Part shown: one piece after another, positions 50,584-63,420 of the stretch | Position numbering within the stretch: position 1 is the first letter of the stretch | Layout: each line of letters starts with the position of its first letter | Assembly: GCF_006345805.1 (NCBI RefSeq) | Contig: NC_043017.1 | Span: 26,598,001-26,662,000, forward strand | Length of the DNA stretch: 64,000 nt | DNA from: Octopus sinensis | Taxonomy: Eukaryota | Reading direction: 5' to 3' | The notes under the pieces: model-generated | The model's input: only the letters and a program-made list of their open reading frames with translations | Told to the model about the DNA's origin: nothing | Database searches by the model: none | Program-made: the position numbers and the translations under genes

Positions 50584-52297
50584 ATATAACGAAACCCGGT
50601 TTGTGCTTAATCTTTATATTTTGTATGTTTACATTAGTCTGACGTTCTGGTGTTTGCTAAACTTTCTTGAGAATGGAAGTGCACTTCGTGGTCATCCGTC
50701 TCATATTTATGTAATATAAATATATATATCTTCATCCATTTTAATTCCTTTCAGTCTGTTTTGGGATCCGTCTTGTGACTGTTCGAGAGTTATTGCGATA
50801 AAGCCGTATTATTCTACTTAAAACAACGTTTGGACATTCATTGTCCCCGGGGAACCTAAGATTTTACGGAGTCACTTCCGGAAGATCGAGAAGAACCAGT
50901 TTGTGTACGTGTGTTTGTATATATATATATATATAATAGAAATATTAAAATTACTAAGTCTCTCTAAAAGAGAACAACGGCAGCGTTCCCGGAAAATAAT
51001 AGTTATCGCCATACTAATATGGCATTCTTATAAAAATAAGAATAAAGCTGTCCGCTTATTAGCTCCATCAGGCCATCGCCTTAAGTTAGCTATTCGATAC
51101 ACAAACTGTATCCATATAACCTTCGAACAAGGGAGGTCAGTCGCTCCACACTACTTGACCGGCAGCTACATAGTTTCTTAATGCTTTACTTTTGCAAACT
51201 TGCCAACTATATGTATATATATATATATTTGGAAGAAAAAATATAAATAATAAATTAGTGGATATCGAACCCGTATGTGTGTTATCTAATAAGGCATTAA
51301 ACCCTTATGGGTCTCACGAGGCACAGCCAAATAATTAGTCTACTTTTACATTTTTACTAACAATTTTGACGTAAAATTTACATAGGCATTTCAAAATGTT
51401 TGATGTTGTGACTGTAAATTTCAAATTTAATCAACTTACAGATAATATTCCTGCAAGTTTGAATATCTTTCAGTTTTTGACAGGCATTTAAAATAGGTCA
51501 TTCGTTCCAATGTATACATAGAATGAGAAACCACCAGACAAATCAGCAACAGAAGTACAATGAATTGTATAAAATATATTTCACTTCGTATTATCCCCCC
51601 ATCTTTGGTCATAGACACTAGTGATCATCATAATAATTTACTCTAAATCACGGTTATCTTAATATTTCTTAATATTTGATGGTTATTAAACGCTGAGATG
51701 TGCGCTTCCGGGCTCATTACGCTTTGCTTGAAAACCATTTTATGTAAATTAACTTGTATTGTAAAACATCATTTCAGCTTCGTTACTGGCATTGTTATCG
51801 TGCGAGTACTTTATGCATAAATGAAAATATATATAATAATCAGCATAAACGTATATCCACACGTATATTATGTACACACCATACATAAATACATATACAC
51901 ATGCATATATATTAGATGATATATTTGTATGCAGGAATACATATGCATAAACACACACAAATATATATACAGACATACACAGACACACATACATATATAT
52001 GTAGGCACACACACGTAAAAACGCATTCATATAATCGTGTAATATTTGTATGTGCGAATGTATGTATGTATGTGCCTAGTTTATATCTTTATATGTTTAA
52101 TGGGGTTGAATGTACGAGTATATATAGGTATTGACAGCTATATTTCTCTATTCATGTATTCGTGAAGTACCAGCACATTAAGACATTTAATAAAGAAGTA
52201 GAATCGAAGTTACATCTGTATATATTTATATGTAAATATATATGTATGCATCGTCGTATGCATGCATGTAAGTATGTGTATGTATATATATATATAT

Positions 52298-53060
52298 ATG
52301 CACACATATATGTATATATATATATATAAATCATATATATATATGTATATACATATATATAAATACATGTATGTATATATATATATATGCACACATATAT
52401 GTATATATATATATAAATCATATATATATATGTATATACATATATATAAATACATGTATGTATATATATATATATGCACACATATATGTATATATATATA
52501 AATCTATATATATATATGTATATACATATATATAAATACATGTATGTATATATATTTATATGCACACATATATGTATATATATATATAAATCATATATAT
52601 ATGTATATACATATATATAAATACATGTATGTATATATATATATGCACACATATATATATATATATATATAATCATATATATATATGTATATACATATAT
52701 ATAAATACATGTATGTATATATATATATATATGCACACATATAGTATATATATATATATATAAATCATATATATATATGTATATACATATATATAAATAC
52801 ATGTATGTATATATATATATGCACACATATATGTATATATATAATAATCATATATATATGTATATACATATAATAAATACATGTATGTATATATATATAT
52901 ATGCACAACATATATGTATATATAATCAATATATATATCTATATATACATATATATAAATACATGTATGTATATATATATATATCACCATATATGTATAT
53001 ATATATATAATTATATATTATGTATAATACATATCTTAAATACATGTATGTATATATATA
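52298..53060. repeat. Higher-order minisatellite of about 86 bp built from (TA)n, about 9 units
   Basis: ATGCAC(A)CA anchors at 52298, 52387, 52474, 52560, 52643, 52731, 52819 and 52901. Confidence 0.9.
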
Positions 53061-53317
53061 TACATACACATGTATATATGTGCGTATTTGTATTTGTATA
53101 CGTGTGTTTGCGTATAGAAAAGTAAAACATTATAGATACCATCATGAACCCTAAGAAAAGATGAAACTAGTTGGTTGCAGGAATGGCATTTACACGCCTT
53201 TTATTTTCCTGTATTTCCAGTTGCTTCCAGTGGCATCTTAGAAAACAAGGGAACCGCAATATACACGGCACCAAATTCTTTCTAGCGCAAAATAAGACAA
53301 CGTAAATAAGTCTACTA

Positions 53318-53375
<58 letters not shown>

Positions 53376-53740
53376 ATGTAAATAAATATATGTATGTATA
53401 TATATACACATGTATATATAAAATAAAATACAGAATGGGACAAGAACGCAAAACATCCTGACAACTAGATGATACGAAAAGTGACAAGAATCGGATCCTC
53501 CTCGCAATTTCGGCTGATTAATCTTGAGATTGCTCCAATCTGGCCAGCCCCAAGGAAAAAACTAAGCTAAGAGCATTATATTCCCTAGAAAAAAAAATCT
53601 TCGAATGTATACGAAAACAAGGACGGAAAAACAGACGATGTTACAAAAAAAATAAACAAATAATATAAGAAAAATACAATAAAAAATAATATAATAATAA
53701 CAGGACATAACAGCAGGCATCTAATAATAATAATAATAAT

Positions 53741-53777
<37 letters not shown>

Positions 53778-53846
53778 TTAATAATAATACAGCAGGACAT
53801 AATAACAGGCACATATATATGCATATATATATATATATGTAATATA

Positions 53847-53879
<33 letters not shown>

Positions 53880-54676
53880 GTTATATTTATATATTTGGAG
53901 CGAGATGTGTGTACGTGAGTGTAAATCTATGTACACATATGCGATGTTAGGTGCACATATGCATATATAAATACATAGACACACATGTATAGTTTATTTC
54001 ACGAATACATTGATGAGAAGCTGAGACATAACCCAGATATGTCCATGGAGTAAATAATATCCAGGCTACTGCGGCACTGCTCGATATTTAGCCGCAATAA
54101 AAATAGCCACACCAATAAAAAATAAAAACCGGAAAATAAGCAGAAAAATTAAGACAAAACATTTAACAACCAAAACAAGAAACAGAAACGAAAAAAAAAA
54201 ATAATAATAATTCGACCCAAATCAAAACAATACTCGTATCACCTCGAAAGCAATCTAACAAGCAGCGAACGAAATCACGTGAAATTTATATATACGAGAA
54301 AAATAGTAATAATGTAAAGCATATTTATCATTTCTGAGGTTTATACAGCTCAGTTATCTTATGAATATTCCTATGCAGTAACAGCGTTTGACCTCTTTGT
54401 GTATTTCGGCATCAGTTTAAAAAAGATTTGTTCGTAACATTAAATCAATTTTGCATAGCACGAAATAGAGAGCGAAAGAAAAAGAAAAAGAAGTAAGGAA
54501 TTGACCAATCGATAAGAATTTGTTTTCTGTCTAGTTTCATGTATTTATTTATTCATTTCCGTTTTTTTTTTTTTGTGTATATGCATACATATAACTAAAT
54601 ACGTATCCGCGTGTACAGTTTTCAGTATACTTCGTGTATACGTATGCTTATATATTTTAGCCTCTATGCATGTGGG

Positions 54677-54708
<32 letters not shown>

Positions 54709-55188
54709 TATATTATAATATATATATATATGTATATATATATGTATATATTATATATGTATATATGTATATATATATATATATATACACATATTATATG
54801 TATATAATGTATGGGTATATATATAATTAAACAATAGATGTATATAATATATATGTATATGTATCTATTACATATATATTATATGTATATGTAATATTTA
54901 TATATTTATAAATATACATATATCTATAACATATATATAATGTATATGATATATATATATAGTATATATATGTATGTTATATATATTATATATAATTATA
55001 TATAACAGGTGGTGCTATTAAGCCCAGGTGGTGCTATTAAGTTAGACATGGCCTGGCCAATAATGGCCGAAACCTATCAAAGTATCAAAGTATATATATT
55101 TATATAGGATAGATATATATATGTATATATATATTATATATTATATGTATATATATATATATATTATATATTATATTATATTATTATA

Positions 55189-55255
<67 letters not shown>

Positions 55256-55954
55256 AATAAACACATGCTTCACGCACTCACACTCACGAATACATGCAAA
55301 CACTTATATAAGTATATGTGTTTGCGTATGCATGTGTGTGTTTGTGAGCGTATATTATGTACCCTCACATAGAGACTCACAAACATGTCTTCATATATTT
55401 GCCACTTATTTCCTTATTAGGTTTTTTCAGGCCCATTTTGCGCCATGCTGTAGCAACACATTACTTAAATGTTAATGAATATATTAATATATAATTAATT
55501 GAATACATAACAATAGTTGTGTTTATATCCCATAATCGTTTTACTTGGCTCCAGATATGCGTATGCATCTTTTTGTACTTATATTGTCTTTCTATAAGCA
55601 TCGCTTGAAAAGACAAACGCACATCTTCGAATCCATATCGACGTATCTGTGCTAATCATATCTCTATTTTAGAAGCATTATCACTTCTGGTGTGTTAATA
55701 GCCTTACGCCTACGCACAAAACAATCCCCATGCAAATATAGCGATGCGAAGATGCATTCATCATTTGATTTAGAAATACATGCGCATAAATTATACCTCC
55801 GGGAAATTACGCTGTACGAGTGTTTCTGTGTGGGTATAAATACACACACCACACACACACACACACGCACACGCACACACATATATATATATATAATATA
55901 TATATTATATTATATTATATATATATATACTATATATATATATATTATATATAT

Positions 55955-56151
55955 CAGACGCCAGGATAGATCGTTAGCCACTACACACATTTTTTCCCTC
56001 CTGTTTCTCTCCTTGTTTTCTGTGTCCCTTTCTGTAGAAGAGTTTAAGCTCGAATGTAAAACACTTTTTCTATTCTTCACAGTTATTCTAATACATCTGT
56101 TGTGTGTACACCAACGTCCTTCGTCTTTGTTGTTTTGTCGTAAACTCTACC
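55955..56151 (+). mobile_element. Diverged family H1 repeat with degenerate hammerhead
   Basis: TCGTTAGC.ACTACAC head; TTT-CTGTAGA-A-GAGT-TTAA-GCTC-GAATGTAAAA at 56029-56061; in (TA)n. Confidence 0.65.
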
Positions 56152-56158
56152 TATATAG

Positions 56159-56191
<33 letters not shown>

Positions 56192-56895
56192 TATAATATA
56201 TATATATATAATTAAATGGAGCATATGCATTATCTTAAAGATATGTCAGCATCGACTTCCCCGGCGTATCAGTGAAAAAACAAATACGTTAGGAAACGAT
56301 TGTAGGTGAAAATCAGCTTCATATTGCTCATAATTGTATTATGTTCTAATAAATTGGTGTGTAGATGTCAATTTCTCCGTTGTGTGTGTGTGCATGGGTG
56401 TGTGTTAGTGTGCGTGTATCTGTGTCTGATCGTATGTGTAATTATTCATATATAATCATATATGTACTTATATATATATATATAATTGAAGAAGTTGTTA
56501 GTGTATAATGTGTTAATAACGTAGTACAGAGTAGTAAAAATTTGATCCTCCGTTTTCAGATTTCAAGTATTAGTGTCATACACATTCCCAGGTTTGCGTT
56601 TGAGCCTTTGTCGTCTGTGAATAGATAATTGAATAAAATTGGAGTCAACAAGATGGAGTGCTGTTGAACAATTCTTTTCAATCATTACAATTGTTTCTGC
56701 GCAACATTATGCTCTTTCTTGTTGACTCCAATTATCTACTCACACAATAAAAGCCCAGATGCAAAGCTGGAGGTACGTAGGATACTACTACTGGAAAGCA
56801 CAGTGTGAAATCTGTACGAGGGGCGCAGCTTTACTACGTTCTCAATAGAGTATACCATATATACTATAAACTATAACTAGTAGATAGATAGAGAG

Positions 56896-56948
<53 letters not shown>

Positions 56949-56949
56949 T

Positions 56950-57022
<73 letters not shown>

Positions 57023-57079
57023 CAGATAGATAGATAAAATATATGTAGATAGGTATAGAATTTTGCAATATATATTTAT

Positions 57080-57352
57080 ATGGCCTAGTGGTTATGCCAG
57101 CGGACTCGCGGTTTCGATTCCCAGACCGGGCGTTGTGAGTGTTTATTGAGCGAAAACACCTAAAAAGCTCTATGAGGCTCCGGCAGGGGGTGCTGATCCC
57201 TGCTGTACTCTTTCACCACTCTTTCTCCCGCTCTTTCTTCTCTTGGCCTGCTCGCTTAGCCAGCGGGGTGGCGTCATTCGAAGGCTAAAACAATGCGTAC
57301 GCATTGTGACCGGCTATGTGTAACTACATCTGATGGACTGGTCGGTCACATG
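57080..57352 (+). mobile_element. SINE subfamily C2
   Basis: Family C head with the same alternative tail as 18020-18305. Confidence 0.85.
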
Positions 57353-57693
57353 ATTATATATATATATAAATATATATATGTTATATATATATATATATAT
57401 ATGTGTGTGTACGTGTGTGTGTGTGTGTGTGTATGTCTGTGTGTGTGTGTGTGCGTGTGTGCGCGTGTGTGTGTGTGTGTATACACGTCTCCATACAGAT
57501 GCATTCACAGGCACATACATTGATGCTTACGCACTCATATTTATATGCATATATATATATATATATATACATATATATATACAAGATATGTTTTTTATTT
57601 AAGACATGGTTTGTATTTATGTTCATGATTTCGTTTCTCAACGATGGGGTCAGCGAGGAATATCTCAAATATAGAAACATAGAAAGGCACATA

Positions 57694-58105
57694 GGCGCAG
57701 GAGTGGCTGTGTGGCGCGTAGCATGCTAACCAACCACATGGATCCGGGTTCAGTCCCACTGCGTGGCACCTTGGGCAGGTGTCTTCTGCTATAGCCCCGG
57801 GCCGACCAATGCCGTGTGAGTGGATTTGGTAGACGGAAACCGAAAGAAGCCTGTAGTATATATGTATATATATATATAAGTGTGTGTGTATATGTTTGTG
57901 TGTCTGTGTTTGTCCCCCTACCGTTGCCTGACAACTGATGCTGGTGTGTTTACGTCCCCGTCACCTAGCGGTTCGGCAAAAAGAGACCGATAGAATAAGT
58001 ACTGGGCTTACAAAGAATAAGTCCCGGGGTCGATTTGCTCGATTAAAGGCGGTGCTCCAGCATGGCCGCAGTCAAATGACTGAAACAAGTAAAAGAGTAA
58101 AAGAG
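57694..58105 (+). mobile_element. SINE family A, full length
   Basis: A-box-like TGGCTGTGTGG, B-box-like GGTTCAGTCCC, tail GTAAAAGAGTAAAAGAGT. Confidence 0.93.
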
Positions 58106-58688
58106 TAGAGAGAGTTGAACTCCATTGTACCTTAATGGATACGGCGTCTAAAGGAAGCATTCGTGTGCATTACGCATGGACCTGGAGCCCACGCTAATTT
58201 GGAATCATTTATATTGTATTTTGTATCGTTATCATTATGAAAAATGTGTAACACCCCCTAACATACTGAGGTCAGATTTGAATATGATCTGAAGAAGATA
58301 TATCGCTGATAAAATATTTCCATGTAAGCCCTATCGTAAAAAATGTTGAATTGTACACTGCACTCTTCTACTTACAAGATGTTGCGTACGAATTACGTTG
58401 TAGATATTGTTTCCTTTTTTTAAGTAATTCTATTAACGTTTATTTTTGCATTTTCCAAAGTCGTTTTGGAACTAGATTGCTTCATCGATGATTCTCACAG
58501 GAATTCAATCGAATTTATTCGGAAAACACTTTTTAAAGTTCGATAACTTCAAAGAGGAATTTAAACAATATTGCTATTTGCATCTGAATCAAAAGAATTC
58601 AATTTACTAAACGATACAAATCGTCGGCAAAATACAGGGTAGTAGACACACACAAATGCACACACACATATATATATTTACATACACA

Positions 58689-59325
58689 GGCGCAGACATC
58701 GTGCCTGTGTGTTTAGTAGCTTGCTTACCATCAACATGGTTCCATGATCAGTCCCACTGTTTGGCACCTTGGGCAGGAGTCTTCTACTATAGACTTGTGA
58801 GAGGATTAGTAAACGGGAACTGAATGAAGAACTTCGCATGTATATATATATATAATTTTTTTTATTACCCACAAGGGGCTAAACAAGGACAGACAAACGG
58901 ATTAAATCGATTAGATCGACCTCAGTGCGTGACTGGTACTTAACTTATCGACCCCGAAAGAATGAAAGGCAAAGTCGACCTCGGCGGAATTTGAACTCAG
59001 AACGTAACGACAGACGAAATACCACTAAGCATTTCGCCCGGCGTGCTAACGTTTCTGCCAGCTCGCCGCCTTGTATGTATACATATATGTATGTATATAT
59101 ATATGTATGTATACAATTGTGTGTCTGCGTTTTTCCCTCTCCATTGCATGACAACCGATGTCTGGTATGTTTTCATCCCCGTAACATAGCGGTTCAGTAA
59201 AAGTGACCTATAGAGTAAGTAACAGGCTTACAAATAATAAGTCCTGGGGTGTATTTTTTCGACTAAAGGTGGCGCTCCTGCATGGCTGCACTCAAATGAC
59301 TGAAGCAAATTAAAGAATAAACGAA
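58689..59325 (+). mobile_element. Diverged SINE A split by a SINE B insertion
   Basis: 5' half 58689-58840, 3' half 59115-59325. Confidence 0.8.
58858..59071 (-). mobile_element. SINE B nested in the SINE A microsatellite
   Basis: Full head and core. Confidence 0.9.
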
Positions 59326-59373
59326 AAGTGTATATATATATATTCGTTTTGGATATATTATATATATATATAT

Positions 59374-59415
<42 letters not shown>

Positions 59416-59416
59416 G

Positions 59417-59500
59417 TTAATTAATCCAAACAAGAAAACAAAAAAACAACAACGCAAGGACGTGGAACAAAACAATTATTATTGGACGCTCCGGAAAGAA
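59417..59500 (-). mobile_element. Truncated family H2 copy lacking the hammerhead
   Basis: TTAATCCAAACAAG...GGACGTGGAAC...TTGGACGCTC. Confidence 0.75.
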
Positions 59501-59830
59501 TATATACACACACAAACATGCACACGCTATCAATTCAATAATTAAAAATTAAATTATAACATTTAGAAAAATTACATATTATAGAAAGATTAAATATACG
59601 ATAAAACATATAACGATGATTAAGTAATGTGCAAAATAATAAATAAAACATATATATTTGGTAGAATAACGACACGTGTTTCGTGCCTATATTTAAGAAA
59701 TGATAAGAGACCTACATTTTTACGTTTAAAATTCTGTTATATCATTTTCATCGACAAAGTAACGTTTTCTATTTAACAATATTATTTAACTTTTGAATTG
59801 TATTAAGTTTGATTATTATTATTATTATTA

Positions 59831-60902
59831 CTTTGTTTTTCTTCTTTCAAATTTGCTTCCATTTCTTGCCGAGTGTCTTCCCGACTCCTAGGGCAAAGAA
59901 ACTCATAGTATACATTGGTAGGCCATTAAACCAAACTCAGTAGTTCGTTCATTTAAAAATTTTTTTTTTTTTTTAAGTTAATTAAATACATGAGCAGCAA
60001 CAGTTCTCACATCGACAATGCTCTTCTCATACGTGTGATGTACCAGTTAAGACAATCTTTTGCACTTCTTGCAGGGATGGTAAGCCAGGGATCATTCTCT
60101 CATATAATTTTCGGTTCCTTCTTGATCATTCCTAGTGCTCCTACGATCACTGGTATTGTAACCGCCTTGAGATGCCATATTTTCTCAATTTCAATGAGTA
60201 GGTCTTTATATTTTCTGAGCTTGTCAAACTCTTTCGCTGAGATATATGATCACAGGGGATGCTCATGTCGATCAATAAGCAAACTTATTGTTTTGGTCTT
60301 TCACAACAATATCTGGTTTATTGGCCTTGATGGTCCGGTCTGTATGTACTGGAAAGTCCCACAGAATAGTTACATTTTTCTCTCCTTCAGTTACAGCCTC
60401 AGGGTGGTGATTATACCACTTGTCGGCAGTTTTGATATTGTAATGCCGACTTATTAGCCGTGGAGATATTGGCCAACTCTGTCATGTCTTATTTATACTC
60501 ACTGGTGCTAAGACTTTACATCCAGAGAATTAGGTGGTCCACTGTTTCAATCATGTCGTTGCAGAATCGGCATTTTGGGTCTGCTCCATTTTTCATCACA
60601 TTGGGCCTGGTAGTTCCGGGTTAATAGGCTTTGATCTTGAGCAGCCAGGATGAAACCTTCGCTCTCTGCTTTTAGCCCTGAGCTCCGTAGCCACTGATGG
60701 TTTTGCTTCTGGTCAACATCAGCTTGTTTGCTGCGGGTCACATATTTGCCGTGCAGAGGTTTCTCCTCCCACCTATCAGCCAATTGCTCGTGCGCTTTTT
60801 CATTGACATCATTTTCACCTTCTTTGCAACAATAGTTAGCCGTACTTCCCTCGGGTTGTTCAGTTTGGGTATCCTGCACGAGATCAATAGCAAATTTTTT
60901 GC
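59831..60902 (-). mobile_element. 5'-truncated R4/Dong-clade LINE (CCHC knuckle, RLE, 3' UTR)
   Basis: WEEKPLHGKY...WLRSSGLKAESEGFILAAQDQSLLTRNYQ, CRFC...ETVDHLISGC, RHD, KANKPDI, KYKDL; frameshifts; tail in (TAA)n. Confidence 0.92.
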
Positions 60903-61008
60903 ATTATTCTTGTGTTGTTGATGTTGTAAACATATGAATTTTATATATAATTTCTTGATAAGTATTAGTTATGATATGTATATCTATATATAATGGTTTC
61001 TATGTAAA

Positions 61009-61212
61009 GTTAATCCAAACAAGAAAACACAGAAAAAAACACAGCAACGCGAGGACGTGGAACAAATAAAGTATTATTGGACGCTCAGGAAAGGAGGGAA
61101 GGAGGGTTTAACGTTTCGAGCGGAGCTCTTCGTCGGAAATAAAGGAGAAGGAAAGATCCAGAGAAGGGAAGACAGAGGAAAAAATAATTGCTGGCGGTGC
61201 TCACGAGGTCAC
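61009..61212 (-). mobile_element. Family H2 repeat with hammerhead motif (U4C variant)
   Basis: Minus strand TTT-CCGACGA-A-GAGC-TCC-GCTC-GAAA-CG-TT-AAA at 61107-61139. Confidence 0.8.
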
Positions 61213-61845
61213 ATATCTATTTATTTATTGTGCAACGAGAAATGAAGTGTTTTGCTCAAAAAAAAAAACCACAACGGTTAACCGGTCCAGCAATCGAAAC
61301 CACAATCTTAGGATCATGAGTGGAACACTCTAATGCACTAGCCGCATGGCCCGACCACACAATACATATATCTTTCAGTTTCTATCCTAGGTTTAACTAA
61401 ATCCACACCGACACGTTAAAACCAGCTCGAATACATAATAGAAGGCAATCGCCATACGTGACACAAACTGACCTAATCTGAAGCCAAGGAGTTCGGAAGT
61501 ATTTCATCATACTTTTTATCACACAACTATGTATGTCTCAATTTATGTTAGTCTCTGCACTAATATAACTGTAGTTTCACTTAAATAAAATGAATCTGTT
61601 AATTTGATTATTGTTTTTAATTATACCTCTTTTTCCAAGATGCAATTCATATATTAGTGGTATGATAAATGCTCTAATTTGCTAGTATTTTCGTTCGTGA
61701 ATCTTTTATGATTCAAACTTAACATATATTTAAATATTAATTCAAGCAATGGATTTCAATTAAATGTCAAAAGTACATTCGTTAATACACAAAGCGCGTA
61801 AATTCATCCGTAAAATAATATTGTGTTACTGTGTGTTTGAGTGTA

Positions 61846-61883
<38 letters not shown>

Positions 61884-61904
61884 TGTGTGCATGTGTGTGT
61901 GTGA

Positions 61905-62220
61905 AGTGAGAACTTTCTAGACTCACTAGAACCACTAGACTCAACCAATTATTTTCGAATCCTCTGCACTGTCCTCTGATTAGAATCCAAACAGTCTGAA
62001 ATTTTCGTATTGGGGCTTCCGGTTCCAATGCCAAGCAGTACGGCATGTCGTTTCCAAAATCTCTGGCAGAGGGAATTGCGGCTTGCGGCTTGGTACTTTT
62101 TTCTCGCACACGTAACCAATTCGACCCAACTATACGCTGTATTCGACGCAAACAAAGCAGCTAATGCGCATGCGAAAATTTTACAATATGAAATGGCGAC
62201 AATTTACCCACGACACACTG
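61905..62220 (-). mobile_element. Tc1/mariner-superfamily (probably maT) 5' end with TIR and HTH remnant
   Basis: Minus strand TA|CAGTGTGTCGTGGGTAAATTGTCGC; WKRHAVLLGIGTGSPNTKISDCLDSNQRTVQRIRK is HTH-like. Confidence 0.7.
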
Positions 62221-62463
62221 TATATGTGTGTGTGTATACGTTTATGTGTGTTTGTGTGTGCATACATACATACATACACATATTCACACACATAGCATGG
62301 TGTGCGTAAACGTGTGTGAACGTGTGAAACATCGTAGAGATGTTTCATGCACAAGGAAACGGTCACCCAGGCAATGCCGTCCACAGACGAATTTCAACTA
62401 TCATTAACCTATAATTTGAATGCCGACTTCATATACAAATATGCACTGATACATATGCACAAA

Positions 62464-62496
<33 letters not shown>

Positions 62497-62544
62497 GCAC
62501 TCATAATGTATGCAGTCAAAAATCCAAATGACAAACTGTTTTTG

Positions 62545-62635
62545 TTGTCTGAGTTCAAACTCCACCGAGGTCGACTTTGCTTTTTGATCTTTCTGGGTCG
62601 ATGAGATAAAAGAAAGTACCAGCTGAAAACTGGGA
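62545..62635 (+). mobile_element. SINE B core fragment
   Basis: TCTGAGTTCAAACTCCACCGAGGTCGACTTTGC. Confidence 0.75.
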
Positions 62636-62847
62636 GCAACGTAAGTGACGTATCCTCTCGTACGCATCTCCTGTTATTCTACATAATTCTTAAATCGATA
62701 TAACATATAAATATTCTTCTAATTGCAAGGATATATCATTGCCAGTGATTTTCTTGCTATCACCAATGTCAGTAAATTGCAAGTAGTTATATGTGGTAAA
62801 TATTCAGGTCATTTCATATAAATATTCTATTTAAGGTCAGTAGATGT

Positions 62848-62911
62848 AGAATTATAGTGACATATCAGCAGAATTATAGTGACATATCAGCAGAATTATA
62901 GTGACATATCA
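62848..62911. repeat. 22-bp tandem repeat, about 3 copies
   Basis: AGAATTATAGTGACATATCAGC. Confidence 0.95.
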
Positions 62912-63179
62912 TGCTGTAGAACCTTGATATCATAGTACATCTGTCCGTATTATAGAAATTATTGAATGCCATCAAACGACTAACAGACATAAATTCACAC
63001 ATATTTTCATAAAGATGGAAGAAATCTGAATAATAATAATCAAATGGATATTTGAATGTCAGTCGGCTTGTATTAGTGTGTATGGGGACGATATACATCG
63101 TGTATATTGAATGTAACGTCATTCACGATAACTTGTTTATGCCTACAATAAGACAAAAAAACCCGACAGTATGACAATT

Positions 63180-63420
63180 TTCGCGTCATGATGGTAGGCC
63201 CGGTATCTGGGATGCCAGATAATGTGACAACTCCTCCGGCAGCAACTTAATGCGGTCTGCTACTATCCCAGGCTCTGCTTCTCGTCAGGCTGCGAAAGCA
63301 GTCTAAGTATCGGTCTCTCTTCGACAGATCTATGTTCGAGCATTTCGCAGTGGAGACTTCTGGTAATCTTGGCCTCCGGACCATATCCACATCCCTGCTC
63401 ACTGCATTCAAGGCAAAGAG
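63180..63420 (+). mobile_element. CRE-clade-like non-LTR retrotransposon RLE domain relic
   Basis: Across frameshifts: SRHDGR, IWDA..CD, SATIPGSASRQA, KQSKYRSL..RSMFEHFAVETSGNLG, matching RxDGKRPDG...WDxTCxD...GxAAxxAE..KxxKY...FxPxAVETxG. Confidence 0.65.

Noticed and set aside
51045-51075. Minus-strand CCTGATGGAGCTAATAAGCGGACAGC hammerhead-like string
   Set aside because: Both core segments are mutated and stem I is unsupported
37-62667. Many ORFs rich in YI, CV, HT, LSIY or poly-I/L/M
   Set aside because: Translations of (TA)n, (TG)n, (TCTA)n and triplet microsatellites
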